64,000 nucleotides of DNA, taken from assembly GCA_963780185.1 (NCBI GenBank), contig CAWABA010000003.1, positions 20,860 through 84,859 on the forward strand, written 5' to 3'. Within the stretch, counting starts at the first letter, position 1; each line of letters opens with the position of its first letter. Position numbers and translations under genes: made by a program. This document shows, piece after piece, positions 31,095-41,698 of the stretch. The notes under the pieces are model-generated. The model ran no database searches, was not told the DNA's origin, and worked only from the letters and a program-made list of their open reading frames with translations. Source of the stretch: Candidatus Bathyarchaeota archaeon. Lineage in GTDB: Archaea; Thermoproteota; Bathyarchaeia; Bathyarchaeales; Bathycorpusculaceae.

Positions 31095-31508
31095 TTAGGC
31101 TTTAGGTTTGCCGCTGAAGTATTCTTTTAGCGGGTTCCAGTAGAATTCCGTCCAGCCATCGGCAATCTCGTCGGCTTGGTCTTTAGGAACCCCAGAGTGA
31201 ACCATGCAGATTTCTGTCCCGCCGGGAACCGCTTTAAAAGTTAACTCCAGCTTGGAAGCGGGGTAGCCTTCTTCCCAATCCGTCGAAGTCCACTCTTGAA
31301 CTATGCGTTTGCCATCTTCAAGCTCTAGGTATTTCCCAATAATGTAGCCGTCCCAAGCCGTCATTTTGCCGCCGACAACCGCTTTGCCAGTGGCTTTGCC
31401 GCCTGTGAATTTCGCGTGTTTTTTTGCGTCAACGTAAGCCTCATAAACTTCCTTGGGTGAGGCTGGAACGACAACGGTTTGCTTTATCGTGGTTACTTCG
31501 GGTTTCAT
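31095..31508 (-). CDS. SRPBCC/AHA1-like domain protein
   Basis: ASPKEVYEA, GKRIVQEW, GWTEFYW. Confidence 0.85.
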   Translation of the reverse strand: MKPEVTTIKQTVVVPASPKEVYEAYVDAKKHAKFTGGKATGKAVVGGKMTAWDGYIIGKYLELEDGKRIVQEWTSTDWEEGYPASKLELTFKAVPGGTEICMVHSGVPKDQADEIADGWTEFYWNPLKEYFSGKPKA

Positions 31509-32078
31509 GAAAATCAACAGTAAGGCTAGAGGCGACAACCCTTTTTAACTTTAACGCTTACTAGCCATTGACCAAAAATGGGAAGATGCACCGTAACTAA
31601 GGGACAACGCAGAATCGGCAGAACAATACGCAAGCTTGAAGGAAGCGTGGAGCTTAAGTTCTAAAGAAAGCAGCGCCAAAATAGCTGAGAAAAACTTCAA
31701 GCAGAAAACCCAAGCATCCCAAGGCTACACGAATGATTCGCCCGTGCAGAATTTGCGTGACCCCGCAAAATGGAAAAAGACAGATAACAAGTCAGCAGCA
31801 ACCTTAAAAAAAATATTTGCCGAAGAACGAATTGGTCAGCGAATCACACGCTTAACAAGTGGTGGGCAAGACTTGGGAGTCTATCGGTTAGGGATATTAT
31901 ATGGGATGCTTGTTAAACGCTGATTCGCTGAACCTTGTTTTCTAATCGGCTGCTGTTCTCGGCAAAAGAAACATCCGTTTTTAGGCTCTTAATAGTTTCA
32001 CAAATAATCTATAGAAAATCTATAGCGAGGTGCCTTTAAGTTCTTTAAGGCGGAAGCGTCTAGTTTTGATGTGATTTT

Positions 32079-32438
32079 ATGTCAGCTTCTTTGGATATTG
32101 AGAGTAACTGGAATTTCAGGATTTTTGACAAACGCCTCATTGTTGTAAAAACCAAGAGCGAAAGCATACGGAAAATGGCTGTTTTAGACGTTTTAACCAG
32201 CTTGATGTTTGCGGTTGAGGTGCCAGACATGGTTTCAATGGCGGAGCTTGACGTCGAAAAAGAGTATTTGGCGAACCTTAGAGTGTACACCTCCAAAAAC
32301 GTTGAAGGCGTCGACGCGGACTTTCTTAACTTTTTTGAAGCCGTAGACATTGACCAAAACATAGAAGACTTCATCAAAGCCTACTGGGTTTACCCAAACA
32401 AAATCCTCTTCGAACTAATCGACCTCGAAGAACCCTGA
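32079..32438 (+). CDS. Hypothetical protein
   Basis: 119-aa ORF with TTTAAG boxes upstream, ending beside the ftsY stop. Confidence 0.55.
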   Translation: MSASLDIESNWNFRIFDKRLIVVKTKSESIRKMAVLDVLTSLMFAVEVPDMVSMAELDVEKEYLANLRVYTSKNVEGVDADFLNFFEAVDIDQNIEDFIKAYWVYPNKILFELIDLEEP

Positions 32439-32439
32439 C

Positions 32440-33345
32440 CTATCGCAGTACCATGTTGACGAATTTTTCAGGGTTAAACAGTTCCAGATCCTTGTAGGTT
32501 TGCCCAACCCCGATGAAGAGAATAGGCTTCTGAGTCACGTACGTTACGCTAAGCGCTGAGCCGCCTTTCACGTCAGCATCAACCTTGGTCAAGATGGTGG
32601 CGTCTACGCCGACTGCCTTGTTGAATTCTTCCGCCTGCATTACCGCGTCGTTGCCGATCAGCGAATCCACGGTTAAAATGGTTAAGTCGGGGCACACGAC
32701 ACGTTTCACTTTGATGAGTTCGTTCATCAGGTTCTGGTTAGTCTGCATTCTGCCTGCCGTGTCAATCAAAACAATGTTGATTCCATGAGCCTTGGCGTGG
32801 TTAACCGCGTCGTAGGCGACTGCTGCTGGGTCGCCGCCGTAGTTGCTTTTGATGATGCGTAAGCCTAAACGTTTAGCATGTTCCTCAAGCTGCTCGATTG
32901 AGCCAGCACGGTAAGTGTCGGCGCCTGCAAGCACCACAGAGTAGCGTTTGTCACTGAAAAACTGCGCCACCTTAGCTACAGTCGTGGTTTTCCCCGTGCC
33001 GTTGATGCCGACAAACATCAAAACAAACGGCTCACCCTTCTTGCGTTTTTCGTCAGCTAACTTGAGCAAGTCAATTCTGACGCCTGTTAACATGACTTCC
33101 AAAAGAACCTGCCGCAGATTTTCCTCAACAACTTTTTTCTTGTCATCCATCCGTTTAACTTGGACGCCGACAAGACGCTTTTCAAGGTCCTCGCTGATTT
33201 TATCCGCTACTGGAAAAGCAACATCGTTTTGGCAAAGACTCATCTTAAAATCTGCTAAAATAGGAGCAAGATTTTCCGATTTAAACTCGGCTGTAGTGAC
33301 CTTGGTTACTAAGCCTTTAAAACCCGACTTGAGCTTCTCAAACAT
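32440..33345 (-). CDS. ftsY: SRP receptor FtsY
   Basis: GINGTGKTTT, DTYRAG, DTAGR, TKVD, GVGQ. Confidence 0.95.
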   Translation of the reverse strand: MFEKLKSGFKGLVTKVTTAEFKSENLAPILADFKMSLCQNDVAFPVADKISEDLEKRLVGVQVKRMDDKKKVVEENLRQVLLEVMLTGVRIDLLKLADEKRKKGEPFVLMFVGINGTGKTTTVAKVAQFFSDKRYSVVLAGADTYRAGSIEQLEEHAKRLGLRIIKSNYGGDPAAVAYDAVNHAKAHGINIVLIDTAGRMQTNQNLMNELIKVKRVVCPDLTILTVDSLIGNDAVMQAEEFNKAVGVDATILTKVDADVKGGSALSVTYVTQKPILFIGVGQTYKDLELFNPEKFVNMVLR

Positions 33346-33349
33346 CGCT

Positions 33350-33790
33350 TCAAGGTTTCCCTTCTCTGCCCGATGAAAGCAAAGTTTCAAGCCTGCTTCT
33401 GCCCGTGTTTATCCGTTCAGCCACCTGGCTAAACTGGTTCTGGGCTGCATTCATGGTTTTTTCAAGTTCATCTAGCCGTTCTTTAAGGGTTGCTCTTGCT
33501 TCAGCCAACGTTTTTTCCACGGAAACGCCTGCGCCCATACCGACGATAATCGTGTTGGTGTCGGATAGTTTCGCTTTAACGTATGCGCTTCCGCCGATGG
33601 GAACCAGAAGTTCGGTGTTTTCTTTCTCTTTTTCAATTCCGTCTAAAGTCAGGTTGGCGTAGGTTAAGTCTGAGATGGCGGCGTTCACCATGCTGATGCG
33701 TTGCTGCAGGGTTTCTGCTGTCTGCTCAAGATACCGCATCTCCATGCTGAGTTTACGAAGCTCTTCTTCTGATTTATTTGGCTGAGCCAT
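33350..33790 (-). CDS. pfdA: Prefoldin alpha
   Basis: LVPIGG, VGMGAGVSVEK, coiled coils; conserved synteny. Confidence 0.93.
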   Translation of the reverse strand: MAQPNKSEEELRKLSMEMRYLEQTAETLQQRISMVNAAISDLTYANLTLDGIEKEKENTELLVPIGGSAYVKAKLSDTNTIIVGMGAGVSVEKTLAEARATLKERLDELEKTMNAAQNQFSQVAERINTGRSRLETLLSSGREGKP

Positions 33791-33802
33791 ACGTCTATTC
33801 CC

Positions 33803-34030
33803 CTACATTTCAGCGACTATTTTCTTCAAGATGGGATTTTCAATTTGGTCAGCGGTAATTTCGTGGACATCGCTAATTTTGATGTGGCATCTCTTAACGC
33901 GGTGCCTGCTGCCTATTTCGGCGTAAACCTTCTCAACCGCATGCTCGCTCTTTTCAGCTAACAATTCCCTGACGAACGGGGTATTCAATCTCGGCTTGAA
34001 GATTTGGCCGGTAACTTTGAAAGCTTTCAT
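33803..34030 (-). CDS. rpl18a: Ribosomal protein eL20 (L18a/LX)
   Basis: EKVYAEIGSRHRVKR; between eif6 and pfdA. Confidence 0.9.
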   Translation of the reverse strand: MKAFKVTGQIFKPRLNTPFVRELLAEKSEHAVEKVYAEIGSRHRVKRCHIKISDVHEITADQIENPILKKIVAEM

Positions 34031-34194
34031 TTCTAATCTTTCCGCACAACAACCACAGCGTTCCCAATAATAAACATATTCACCGAAAAAGGCAGGTCTA
34101 AGCTATTTAAGCTGGGCATCTTTTTGCTTAGTCCATCGGGTTAACGTGCCCTTGCTTGCCAAACGGTTTGGCTGTCTGGCCCGAAAAACCTTTC

Positions 34195-34320
34195 TTAGCT
34201 GCTGATGGTGAAGGCTTTTCCGCATTTATCGCACACGTAATATTCGAGGTGAAACATGCGGTTGTCAATGGTTTTTTTGGGTTTTGCAACATCTTTGCCG
34301 CAGTTAGGGCACGTAGCCAC
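34195..34320 (-). CDS. 41-aa zinc-ribbon protein, Cren7-like pattern
   Basis: GTG-ATCPNCGKDVAKPKKT...YVCDKCGKAF; GAGG upstream. Confidence 0.6.
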   Translation of the reverse strand: MATCPNCGKDVAKPKKTIDNRMFHLEYYVCDKCGKAFTISS

Positions 34321-34462
34321 AGAAACAGCCTCGGAGGAGTCAGGAACAGACAAAGTACAAATAAACTTTACTTTTTCGCCTTTCCTAAGCAACCAGACAA
34401 CGGCTTGAACTCTTGTGCCCTCTGAAACGGTTATTTCTTCACAAAACAAAAAGGAAAAAATT

Positions 34463-35131
34463 TTACAAAGTTCCCAAAGCATGCTCAATTATGAACATTT
34501 CAGGACCAGTCGTCATGGAGCCAGCCACGGAAGCATGCGAGTTGGCAATTAAGCCTGTTCCAACGTAGGGGACACCGCAGTTAACTGTGCCGACGTCGAC
34601 TGGAACTTTGAAAACGTCTTCCAATATCTTTCTTTCTTCGTCTTTAAGCAGCGGGTGAGCAAGCAAGCCTTTGTTGGTTGCCACAGCTAAGGAGCCGACG
34701 TAAGGTAACCCCGCAATCTCAGTTGGGACAACTTCGACACCGAAGGTTTCGCTGATTTTCTTAATCTCAGGCGCCTTCAAACGCGGATCAACCACCGCGC
34801 CCCTGTCGTTGACTAGAATCAGGTTGCCGAAGGCGGTCTTTTTTGATTCCATAATTGTGATGGTTCCTTCGAAAGCGGCTTTTATCTGCGAAAGTTCTTC
34901 TTCGCGAATCGCGGCGGACAGCAGCATGCCGTTGGAGTTTGCACACGCCAAGACGCCTGCAAGAACTGAGCCGCTTATCGCGGTGTAAACAAGCTTAACA
35001 TTGAGCCAACCTGCGATTTCTTGGGCTTTTTCCAGCGGCACCATCCGCGGAATCATCACTACGTTTTCGGTTGCCAGTGTGTAGACGCCTATGCTTGCGC
35101 TTCCAACGATGCTTGATAAGTAAACTGTCAA
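34463..35131 (-). CDS. eif6: Translation initiation factor 6
   Basis: ANSNG, GNLILVND, TNKGLLAHP, GTVNCG, TTGPE. Confidence 0.95.
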   Translation of the reverse strand: MTVYLSSIVGSASIGVYTLATENVVMIPRMVPLEKAQEIAGWLNVKLVYTAISGSVLAGVLACANSNGMLLSAAIREEELSQIKAAFEGTITIMESKKTAFGNLILVNDRGAVVDPRLKAPEIKKISETFGVEVVPTEIAGLPYVGSLAVATNKGLLAHPLLKDEERKILEDVFKVPVDVGTVNCGVPYVGTGLIANSHASVAGSMTTGPEMFIIEHALGTL

Positions 35132-35438
35132 GAACCAATTCTCCTACGAAAGCTCACGTGTCGATGTTTCATGCAAACACCCTATTTTAGATTGCGGTAT
35201 CCAACGCAATTTTCAACAGGCACACGTTTGCCTTTGATTTTTTTGATGTCGAAACCCAAAACTGAAAAAGTTTTAAAACGCGCAGGATGTCATCCATAAA
35301 AAATTGGCTGTTTCTCAACCGCATAATAATTTGACAAATGTTTTTTCTTTTGTCCACATTCCCTAACGGCGTTTGTCAAACATTTGACTATAAGAAGGCT
35401 TTTGAGTGAAACGTGGGCTTCTTTAGACGGCGACTAAA

Positions 35439-35756
35439 ATGGAAAATTGGTTAAAAGGAATATTGGGGGGATCCGTTGGTCTCCTGATACTCGGAACAAC
35501 AATTGCCATCGGCTATTACATAAGTATACAAGGTGCAATAGTTGCTTTCATCTGCGCAGTGTTGGTAGGCGGTGCTTTTCTGAGTCTTATTTACGCTATT
35601 GAAAATAATGACTTCAAAGCTGGTGCGTTCGTCCCAATTCTTTTGGCTTTAGCTATAATCACTGGAATTTTTGCACAACCACCGAGTGCTCCGACTTTCG
35701 GACTATGCATATTGACAGCAATTTTTGGAGCGGTCATGATTCAGCAAGGGGAATAG
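35439..35756 (+). CDS. Small four-TM hypothetical protein
   Basis: Hydrophobic 105-aa ORF. Confidence 0.6.
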   Translation: MENWLKGILGGSVGLLILGTTIAIGYYISIQGAIVAFICAVLVGGAFLSLIYAIENNDFKAGAFVPILLALAIITGIFAQPPSAPTFGLCILTAIFGAVMIQQGE

Positions 35757-35787
35757 AAAAACGTAAAATACCAAATAATCAAATAAC

Positions 35788-36423
35788 ATGACCGATAAAA
35801 GGGGGTGCATGATGATTAATCGAAGGTATAAGGGAATACTCGCTCTTACAGAACTAATCATAGTTTATGTAGTATTTCCTATTTTTAGCACCTTTGTACT
35901 TTGGTTAGCGATCATAACTCGAAGTACTTTCCTTCTTGCTTTTGCTGCGAGTTACTTCATCCTATTTGCTTTTGTGGCAGTTAGAAAAGTCAGATATGAC
36001 AGCCACTTTTTGGCTTCAATAGACATCAAAGAGGCGCCATCAAACATAACCCAGTTACTCTCTGAAACTACAAGCAGAGGGATTCTTATCAATCAGCTAA
36101 TAATTAAGACAATAGACCAAAACCCACGAATTTCGCAAACTGAATTACACAAAAAATTACCTATTCAACCGCAGATGTGCCCGACAAAAGAACGCGTGAG
36201 ACAGTTCGCCGTGGAACTACAAAAGCTAGAGATTATCCGTGATATGGCCTCAGACTTAAGTGAAGGAAAAAAATGCGTTTACATTTTGACTAAACGCGGT
36301 GAATGGTGCCTATTGGCAATAAAGCAATATTACCCAAGATATTATGTGCAATTTCTTGTTAGGGACATTCTGAAAACACATTTCCGCAAAAACTTGGTCT
36401 CCTTTGAGTCACTAAATAACTGA
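35788..36423 (+). CDS. Two-TM protein with C-terminal winged-helix-like domain
   Basis: NPRISQTELH, LQKLEII, YILTKRG. Confidence 0.6.
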   Translation: MTDKRGCMMINRRYKGILALTELIIVYVVFPIFSTFVLWLAIITRSTFLLAFAASYFILFAFVAVRKVRYDSHFLASIDIKEAPSNITQLLSETTSRGILINQLIIKTIDQNPRISQTELHKKLPIQPQMCPTKERVRQFAVELQKLEIIRDMASDLSEGKKCVYILTKRGEWCLLAIKQYYPRYYVQFLVRDILKTHFRKNLVSFESLNN

Positions 36424-36565
36424 TAGTGACTTACCTTGCCCTTTTTTTACTGTTGCGCCCAAATACAGCAACGACAGCAAGATGGCGGCGGCGGGAGGCT
36501 CGTCGACTGAAACGCAAATGCGTCCGCAATTGCTTTGCTTCAAGCAAGAATTAGGCGGGGACCAG

Positions 36566-36964
36566 TTATACCCATTTTGTTTTGAGGTTTGGGATTCCTT
36601 TGAAATGAGCGTCGTCTGTAATGAGCGTACACCCGTAGGTTTGGGCCGTTACAGCTATTATGCTGTCAGCCATAGGCATTTGGCGCTTGGTTCTTAACTC
36701 GGCACTTTGCACCGCAACCTGAAAATTCACGTCAATAATCTTGCAGTCAGCTTTGATAATATTGCTTCTCAAGGTTGCGACCTCCCGTCCTTCGTGCGTC
36801 ATGTCGATGCGGTACAGTTCATGGATTGTTAAGACGGAAACCATTTTTTCCTTTGGAGGCATTAATTCATGCTTAAGTTTACGTAAGAGCGCCGTGTCTT
36901 CGGAATAGAAATACTCCACGAAGAAGCGAGTGTCATAGAGATGTTTTTCAGGCATCTTCGTCAC
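36566..36964 (-). CDS. vapC: PIN-domain VapC toxin
   Basis: YDTRFF, SVLTIHEL, MADSIIA, TDDAHF. Confidence 0.88.
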   Translation of the reverse strand: MTKMPEKHLYDTRFFVEYFYSEDTALLRKLKHELMPPKEKMVSVLTIHELYRIDMTHEGREVATLRSNIIKADCKIIDVNFQVAVQSAELRTKRQMPMADSIIAVTAQTYGCTLITDDAHFKGIPNLKTKWV

Positions 36965-37178
36965 GCATCTGATCTAGCTCCTTCTTCAGCTCTTTGACAT
37001 CGGCTTTCCCGGCGCTGGCTCCTGCTAAGTCAAAGATGCTTGGGCATTTCTTTATTACGATCTCGCCGTTTTTTTCCACTATCTGCACTCTAGAGTTTTC
37101 TTCTATGTGGAACTTTCGTCTAAGTTCAACAGGAATTGTGACTTGACCTTTCCTTGTGACTGACATTTCGCAGGTCAT
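36948..37178 (-). CDS. vapB: AbrB/MazE/SpoVT antitoxin
   Basis: VTRKGQVTIPVELRRK; overlaps vapC. Confidence 0.9.
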   Translation of the reverse strand: MTCEMSVTRKGQVTIPVELRRKFHIEENSRVQIVEKNGEIVIKKCPSIFDLAGASAGKADVKELKKELDQMRDEDA

Positions 37179-37308
37179 ACTTGCACCTTAGTATACCTTT
37201 GGTTAAAGTATTACTTAAGGATTAACTGTGCGCGGAATAAAGCGCGTGCGAAACATGGCGCGAACCCTGGGAATATCGGAAAAGGAAGAAAGAGAAAAAG
37301 TTGGGATT

Positions 37309-38944
37309 TTAGCCCATGATGGCTTTGAGGTCTGCGTCGGGTGTGGTGATGGGCATGATGTTGAATTTTTCAACCAGCACGTTGAGTATTCCTGGCGTTA
37401 TGAAGGCGGGTAGGCTGGGTCCTAAGCGGATGTCTTTTATGCCGAGGCTCAGCAGCGACAGCAAGATGGCGACGGCTTTCTGCTCGTACCATGACAGCAC
37501 CAGCGAGAGCGGCAACTCGTTGATTGACACGCCGAAAGCGTCTGCGAGTGCCTGCGCGATTTTGACGGCTGAGTAGGCGTCGTTGCATTGTCCGATGTCG
37601 AGGAGCCGCGGGATTTCGTCGATTGAGCCCAGGTCTTTGTCGAAGAAACGGAATTTGCCGCATGCCAACGTTAGGATGATGGTGTTGCTGGGTGCTTTTT
37701 CCACGAATTCGGTGTAGTAGCTTCTGCCGGGTTTTGCTCCGTCGCATCCGCCGACCAAAATGAAGCGTTTGATGTGCCCGCTCTTCACTGAGGCGATGAC
37801 TTTGTCCGCGACGCTCAACACCGCGTTTCTGCCAAAGCCCACCAAAACCGTTTTTCCTTCGGCGTCTTCTTGGAAACCTGGCAATTGCGAGGGCTTTCTG
37901 GATTACTGGCGAGAAGTCTTTGCCGTCGATGTGTGGGACGCCTGGGTAGCCGACGGGTCCTGAAGTGAAGATGTTGGCTCTGTAGCTTTCGATGGGTCTT
38001 TGGATGCAGTTGGTCGTCATCAAGATGGCGCCTGGAAACTGCGCGAACTCTTTCTGCTGGTTCTGCCAAGCCGTGCCGTAGTGCCCGTAGAAATGCGGGT
38101 ACTTTTTGAGGGCGGGGTAGCCGTGGGTTGGCAGCATTTCGCCGTGAGTGTAGACCGTGATGCCTTTGCCTTCGCTTTGCTTAAGAATCGCCTCCAAATC
38201 GATGAGGTCATGTCCCGAGACAAGTATGGCTTTGCCTTTCTTGTGCCCCAAAGGCACCCGCGTCGGAGTCGGATGACCATACGTTTCAGTGTTTCCCGCA
38301 TCCAGCAACTCCATTGCCCGAACGTTGACCTCGCCGCACTTGAAAACTAAACCTACAAACTCGTTAGTTCCAAGCGATTTGTCAAGTGGAGCTGCGAGTC
38401 CCTGATTTACGAAATCGAAAACCTTGTCGTCTTTTTTGCCCAGCAAAGCCGCATGGAACGCGTAGGCGGCGACCCCTTTAAGCCCGTAAGTCAGCAGCCA
38501 CTGAAGCGAATGCTGGTCAGGGTCCATGGTTGAATCGGAGTTTATCCCGAAAAGTTTTCCTTGCTGTATCAAGCCGGCGGTTGTTTTTTCAAGTTGCAAA
38601 TTGAATGTTGAGTTTACTTTGCCTTTTAGGGCATATAGTCTGCTGCGGAGCTGTTCCTGGTACTGCGCTGTTTTCCTGATGTAGGCGCTTATTGCCTCTG
38701 GGTCGAAGTTCACATTTGTTAAAGTAACGAATAATGCCTCAGCCGTGAAAAGGTCAACGTCTTCATCTTTTACCCCTGCCTTTCGGGCTTCAGTCGAAAG
38801 TTGCCCGAGTCCACGAAGCATGTAGACAAGCAAATCCTGAAGCGCCGCGACATCGGCAGTTTTCCCGCAGACACCCGCCACCGTGCAGCCTTGCCCCTTA
38901 GCGGTTTGTTCACATTGATAACAGAACATTTGATTTTGACTCAT
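37309..38944 (-). CDS. hcp: Hybrid cluster protein (hydroxylamine reductase), frameshift near 37880
   Basis: [49 protein letters not shown]. Confidence 0.93.
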
Positions 38945-39624
38945 AACTTACACCTTTGCAAGATAATAGGCTCCTTTGCAGATAGACATTGCCCCGAACA
39001 TATCAGGGATTTTGGTTAACGACCCCAGTTAGGAAAACACAGAATGCGCAAGCTGTAAAAAAAATCCGTGGCAAAAGCTGGTTCTAAAATCTTTTAAGCA
39101 AATAGCAAATACAAAAGTATTAGTGCTAGGTTATGAATAAAGAATGTTGATTGCTAAACTAAATCGAAATCGATAATTATAGCGATGGTTTAGTTTAATT
39201 CTGGTAAACAATGTCATTTTGATAAATCAAATTTTAGAAAATTATTTCACATGCATCTAGATACATTCGCCTTTACTATATTGGTTTTTTATTCGGACAT
39301 GATAATTCTTTTATTTCTGGTTTATTTTAAGGAGTAGTCATAATAAAAGCAAGTAAACCCTTCTCAGAATGCCCCTCTGCCCTCGTGAGAATTTATTCTT
39401 TAGAATTGGTGAATAAAATTTGGGTAAAGAACATAAGTTTAGGAAAGACTTTACTCCAGAGCAATATGCTTCATATTTCGAACGAAAGGCCAAGAATCCA
39501 GACGCGCTAATATCTAAAAACAATGAAACGCGGAATTCAAAATTTAAAGACAAAAAGAGCAAGGCATAATTTTTGTTTTTTCTTACGTTTTAACCCAAAA
39601 AGTACCTATGCGGGTACGTGTTGC

Positions 39625-40578
39625 CTAGAATTTGGTTAGGTCAAAGCCGACTCTGTTAGACAGCTGAGGCAGGTCGTTTAGGATATAGACGAAAGCCAAG
39701 CCCCGCCAGTCGCCCCATCGTTCCTCCGCGACTTTTTTGAGTTCAGGAATCGCTTCCCGCGGGTCAGCAGGTTTCTTGCCGTGGAACAGGACACCAAAGA
39801 TTTTGGCGCTCCAGACATCAAGCGGAAAACCCATCCGCGGCATCACCAATTCGGCTGAGTACTCGCCGATTCCCCGCAGCGTCCGAAGTTTTTGTTTTGC
39901 TTCTTCAGGAGCCATAGCCCACAAGTCATCCATGCTTGGGAAACCCTGATTCAACGCCTCCGCTATTGCCTTGAGGTTTTTGGCTCTGTACCCAAGTTTA
40001 GCCTTCGCCATAAGCTCCTCAACCGACGTGTGGGCAATTGTTTGGGTGGATGGCCAGTATCGCATGGTTTTTCCGTCGAAGCTGGCTTTGTCGCCGAACT
40101 CTGTAATCAGGGAGTCCATCATTTGGTTGCTTCGCTTCATGGGCGCCATCTGCAGGGTAACAGCTAAAATCAAGGCGGGAAACAGCTCGGGCCAACCCAC
40201 GGTGTGCATACCGTACAGGTCTTTGACTACGGCGCGGAGAATATCGTCTTTGCTGCTGAGCTTGTAGAATTCTTTGAGGTCTTCCTCGGCTTTCAGTGCT
40301 CTTTTTAGCATCCGCGTCACGGCTTGCTTTTCGGTGGCTTCAAAGGCGGTTTTGGAGTAGGCGGTGCATTGGATTTTTGGTTTCTGCACGGTTCCTGTGG
40401 ACCATATTTTCAAGCCTAAAAGGTCTCCGTTAAAACGCGTGAGTGTCCAGCAGGTTCCTGATTCGTAGACTTCGTCGGGTGTTGACCACCACCAGCCAGC
40501 AGGCTTGCGCAAAGTAAGGTCAAAGCTGTAGGGTGGAATTGCCTCAAACTCATCTGAAAATGCTTCTCTCAAATTCAC
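39625..40578 (-). CDS. HhH-GPD DNA glycosylase (AlkA/Ogg-like)
   Basis: LGYRAK, LRGIGEYSA, PLDVW, WRGLA. Confidence 0.85.
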   Translation of the reverse strand: MNLREAFSDEFEAIPPYSFDLTLRKPAGWWWSTPDEVYESGTCWTLTRFNGDLLGLKIWSTGTVQKPKIQCTAYSKTAFEATEKQAVTRMLKRALKAEEDLKEFYKLSSKDDILRAVVKDLYGMHTVGWPELFPALILAVTLQMAPMKRSNQMMDSLITEFGDKASFDGKTMRYWPSTQTIAHTSVEELMAKAKLGYRAKNLKAIAEALNQGFPSMDDLWAMAPEEAKQKLRTLRGIGEYSAELVMPRMGFPLDVWSAKIFGVLFHGKKPADPREAIPELKKVAEERWGDWRGLAFVYILNDLPQLSNRVGFDLTKF

Positions 40579-40711
40579 ACTGGAACCCTAAATATTCAAG
40601 ACGGAGCTGAGATAAAAAAGATTAGGGTTCTACGGTGGATTAGGGGCAAGTTTGCAAGAATACCTTATTAGCGATGCCCAAGTTGAATCTTCATGCTTGA
40701 TGGCGATGGGT

Positions 40712-41498
40712 ATGAATATCGGCGAAGAATTTGACGGTATTTCTGAAATTTACGACGAAACAAGACCTGCAGCTACACAGACTGAGCTCAAGGTGCTTTC
40801 AGGCGAACTTGAAAGATTGCCACACAATACTCGACGTTGGCGTAGGCACAGGCAGGTTCGCAAAGCCTCTTTCAGAATGCGGGTTTGACATTGTCGGGAT
40901 TGATTTGTCGCGTAAAATGATTTTGAAAGCCAAACAAAAAGGGCTCCACAGCCTCATCTTAGCTGACGCCTGCAACATGCCATTTAGGGACGGAGCGTTT
41001 GACGGCTCCATAATAATTCACGTTTTCCATTTACTGCCCGATTGGTTGACCGTCTTGCGGGAGATGGGTCGCGTGACAAACAAAAAAGTCGCCACTTTGC
41101 TAGGCAACAGACCCAGCGGAAGGGGCAGCACAGCGAACGTTTCTGGAGGTGCCGCGTCTTCAGCGCACCCGGAGATTTGGGTTCAATATGCCAAGTTAAG
41201 GGCGGAAGCAGGGTACCCGATGCAGCGTAATACGCGAAGGTGGCAAAACGAAGCCGATGCCAAGTCAAAATTGCCTCCGAGCAAGCTCATAGAAGTAAGC
41301 AATGAGGTTGTCACGACGAAGATTAGCGATTTAATCGAAAGATTTCTGCAAAGAGCGCCATCTTCGAATACAGGCATACCCGTAGAGGTTCATCGAAAGA
41401 TAATTCAGCAGCTCTTAGCGTCTGTCGGCGACAAACAGATTACGCGAACCGTAACCGAGGAGCTTGCCATCTGGCAACCTAGCCAGCTTAGATTATGA
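40712..41498 (+). CDS. Class I SAM methyltransferase, frameshift near 40810
   Basis: FD.ISEIYDETR, then ILDVGVGTGRF, GIDLS, PFRDGAFD. Confidence 0.82.
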
Positions 41499-41698
41499 GC
41501 AAAATTGTGTATATGGAAAGTGTATATGGTTTCCGTATATGCTTCGCCTACCTATCGGGTGCCTTGCGTAAAGACAAAAACGCTCAAAACGAAAACCACA
41601 CCAGACAATCTTTGAAGAAAAACTACTTTTTCAATATCGCAAAATAGAATCAGATAAAGGCATGAAAAAGGCTTAGGTATTCAGGTGACGCAGACTTC

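Noticed and set aside
31636-31923. 95-aa ORF in an intergenic gap
   Set aside because: TTG start and no recognisable motifs; insufficient support
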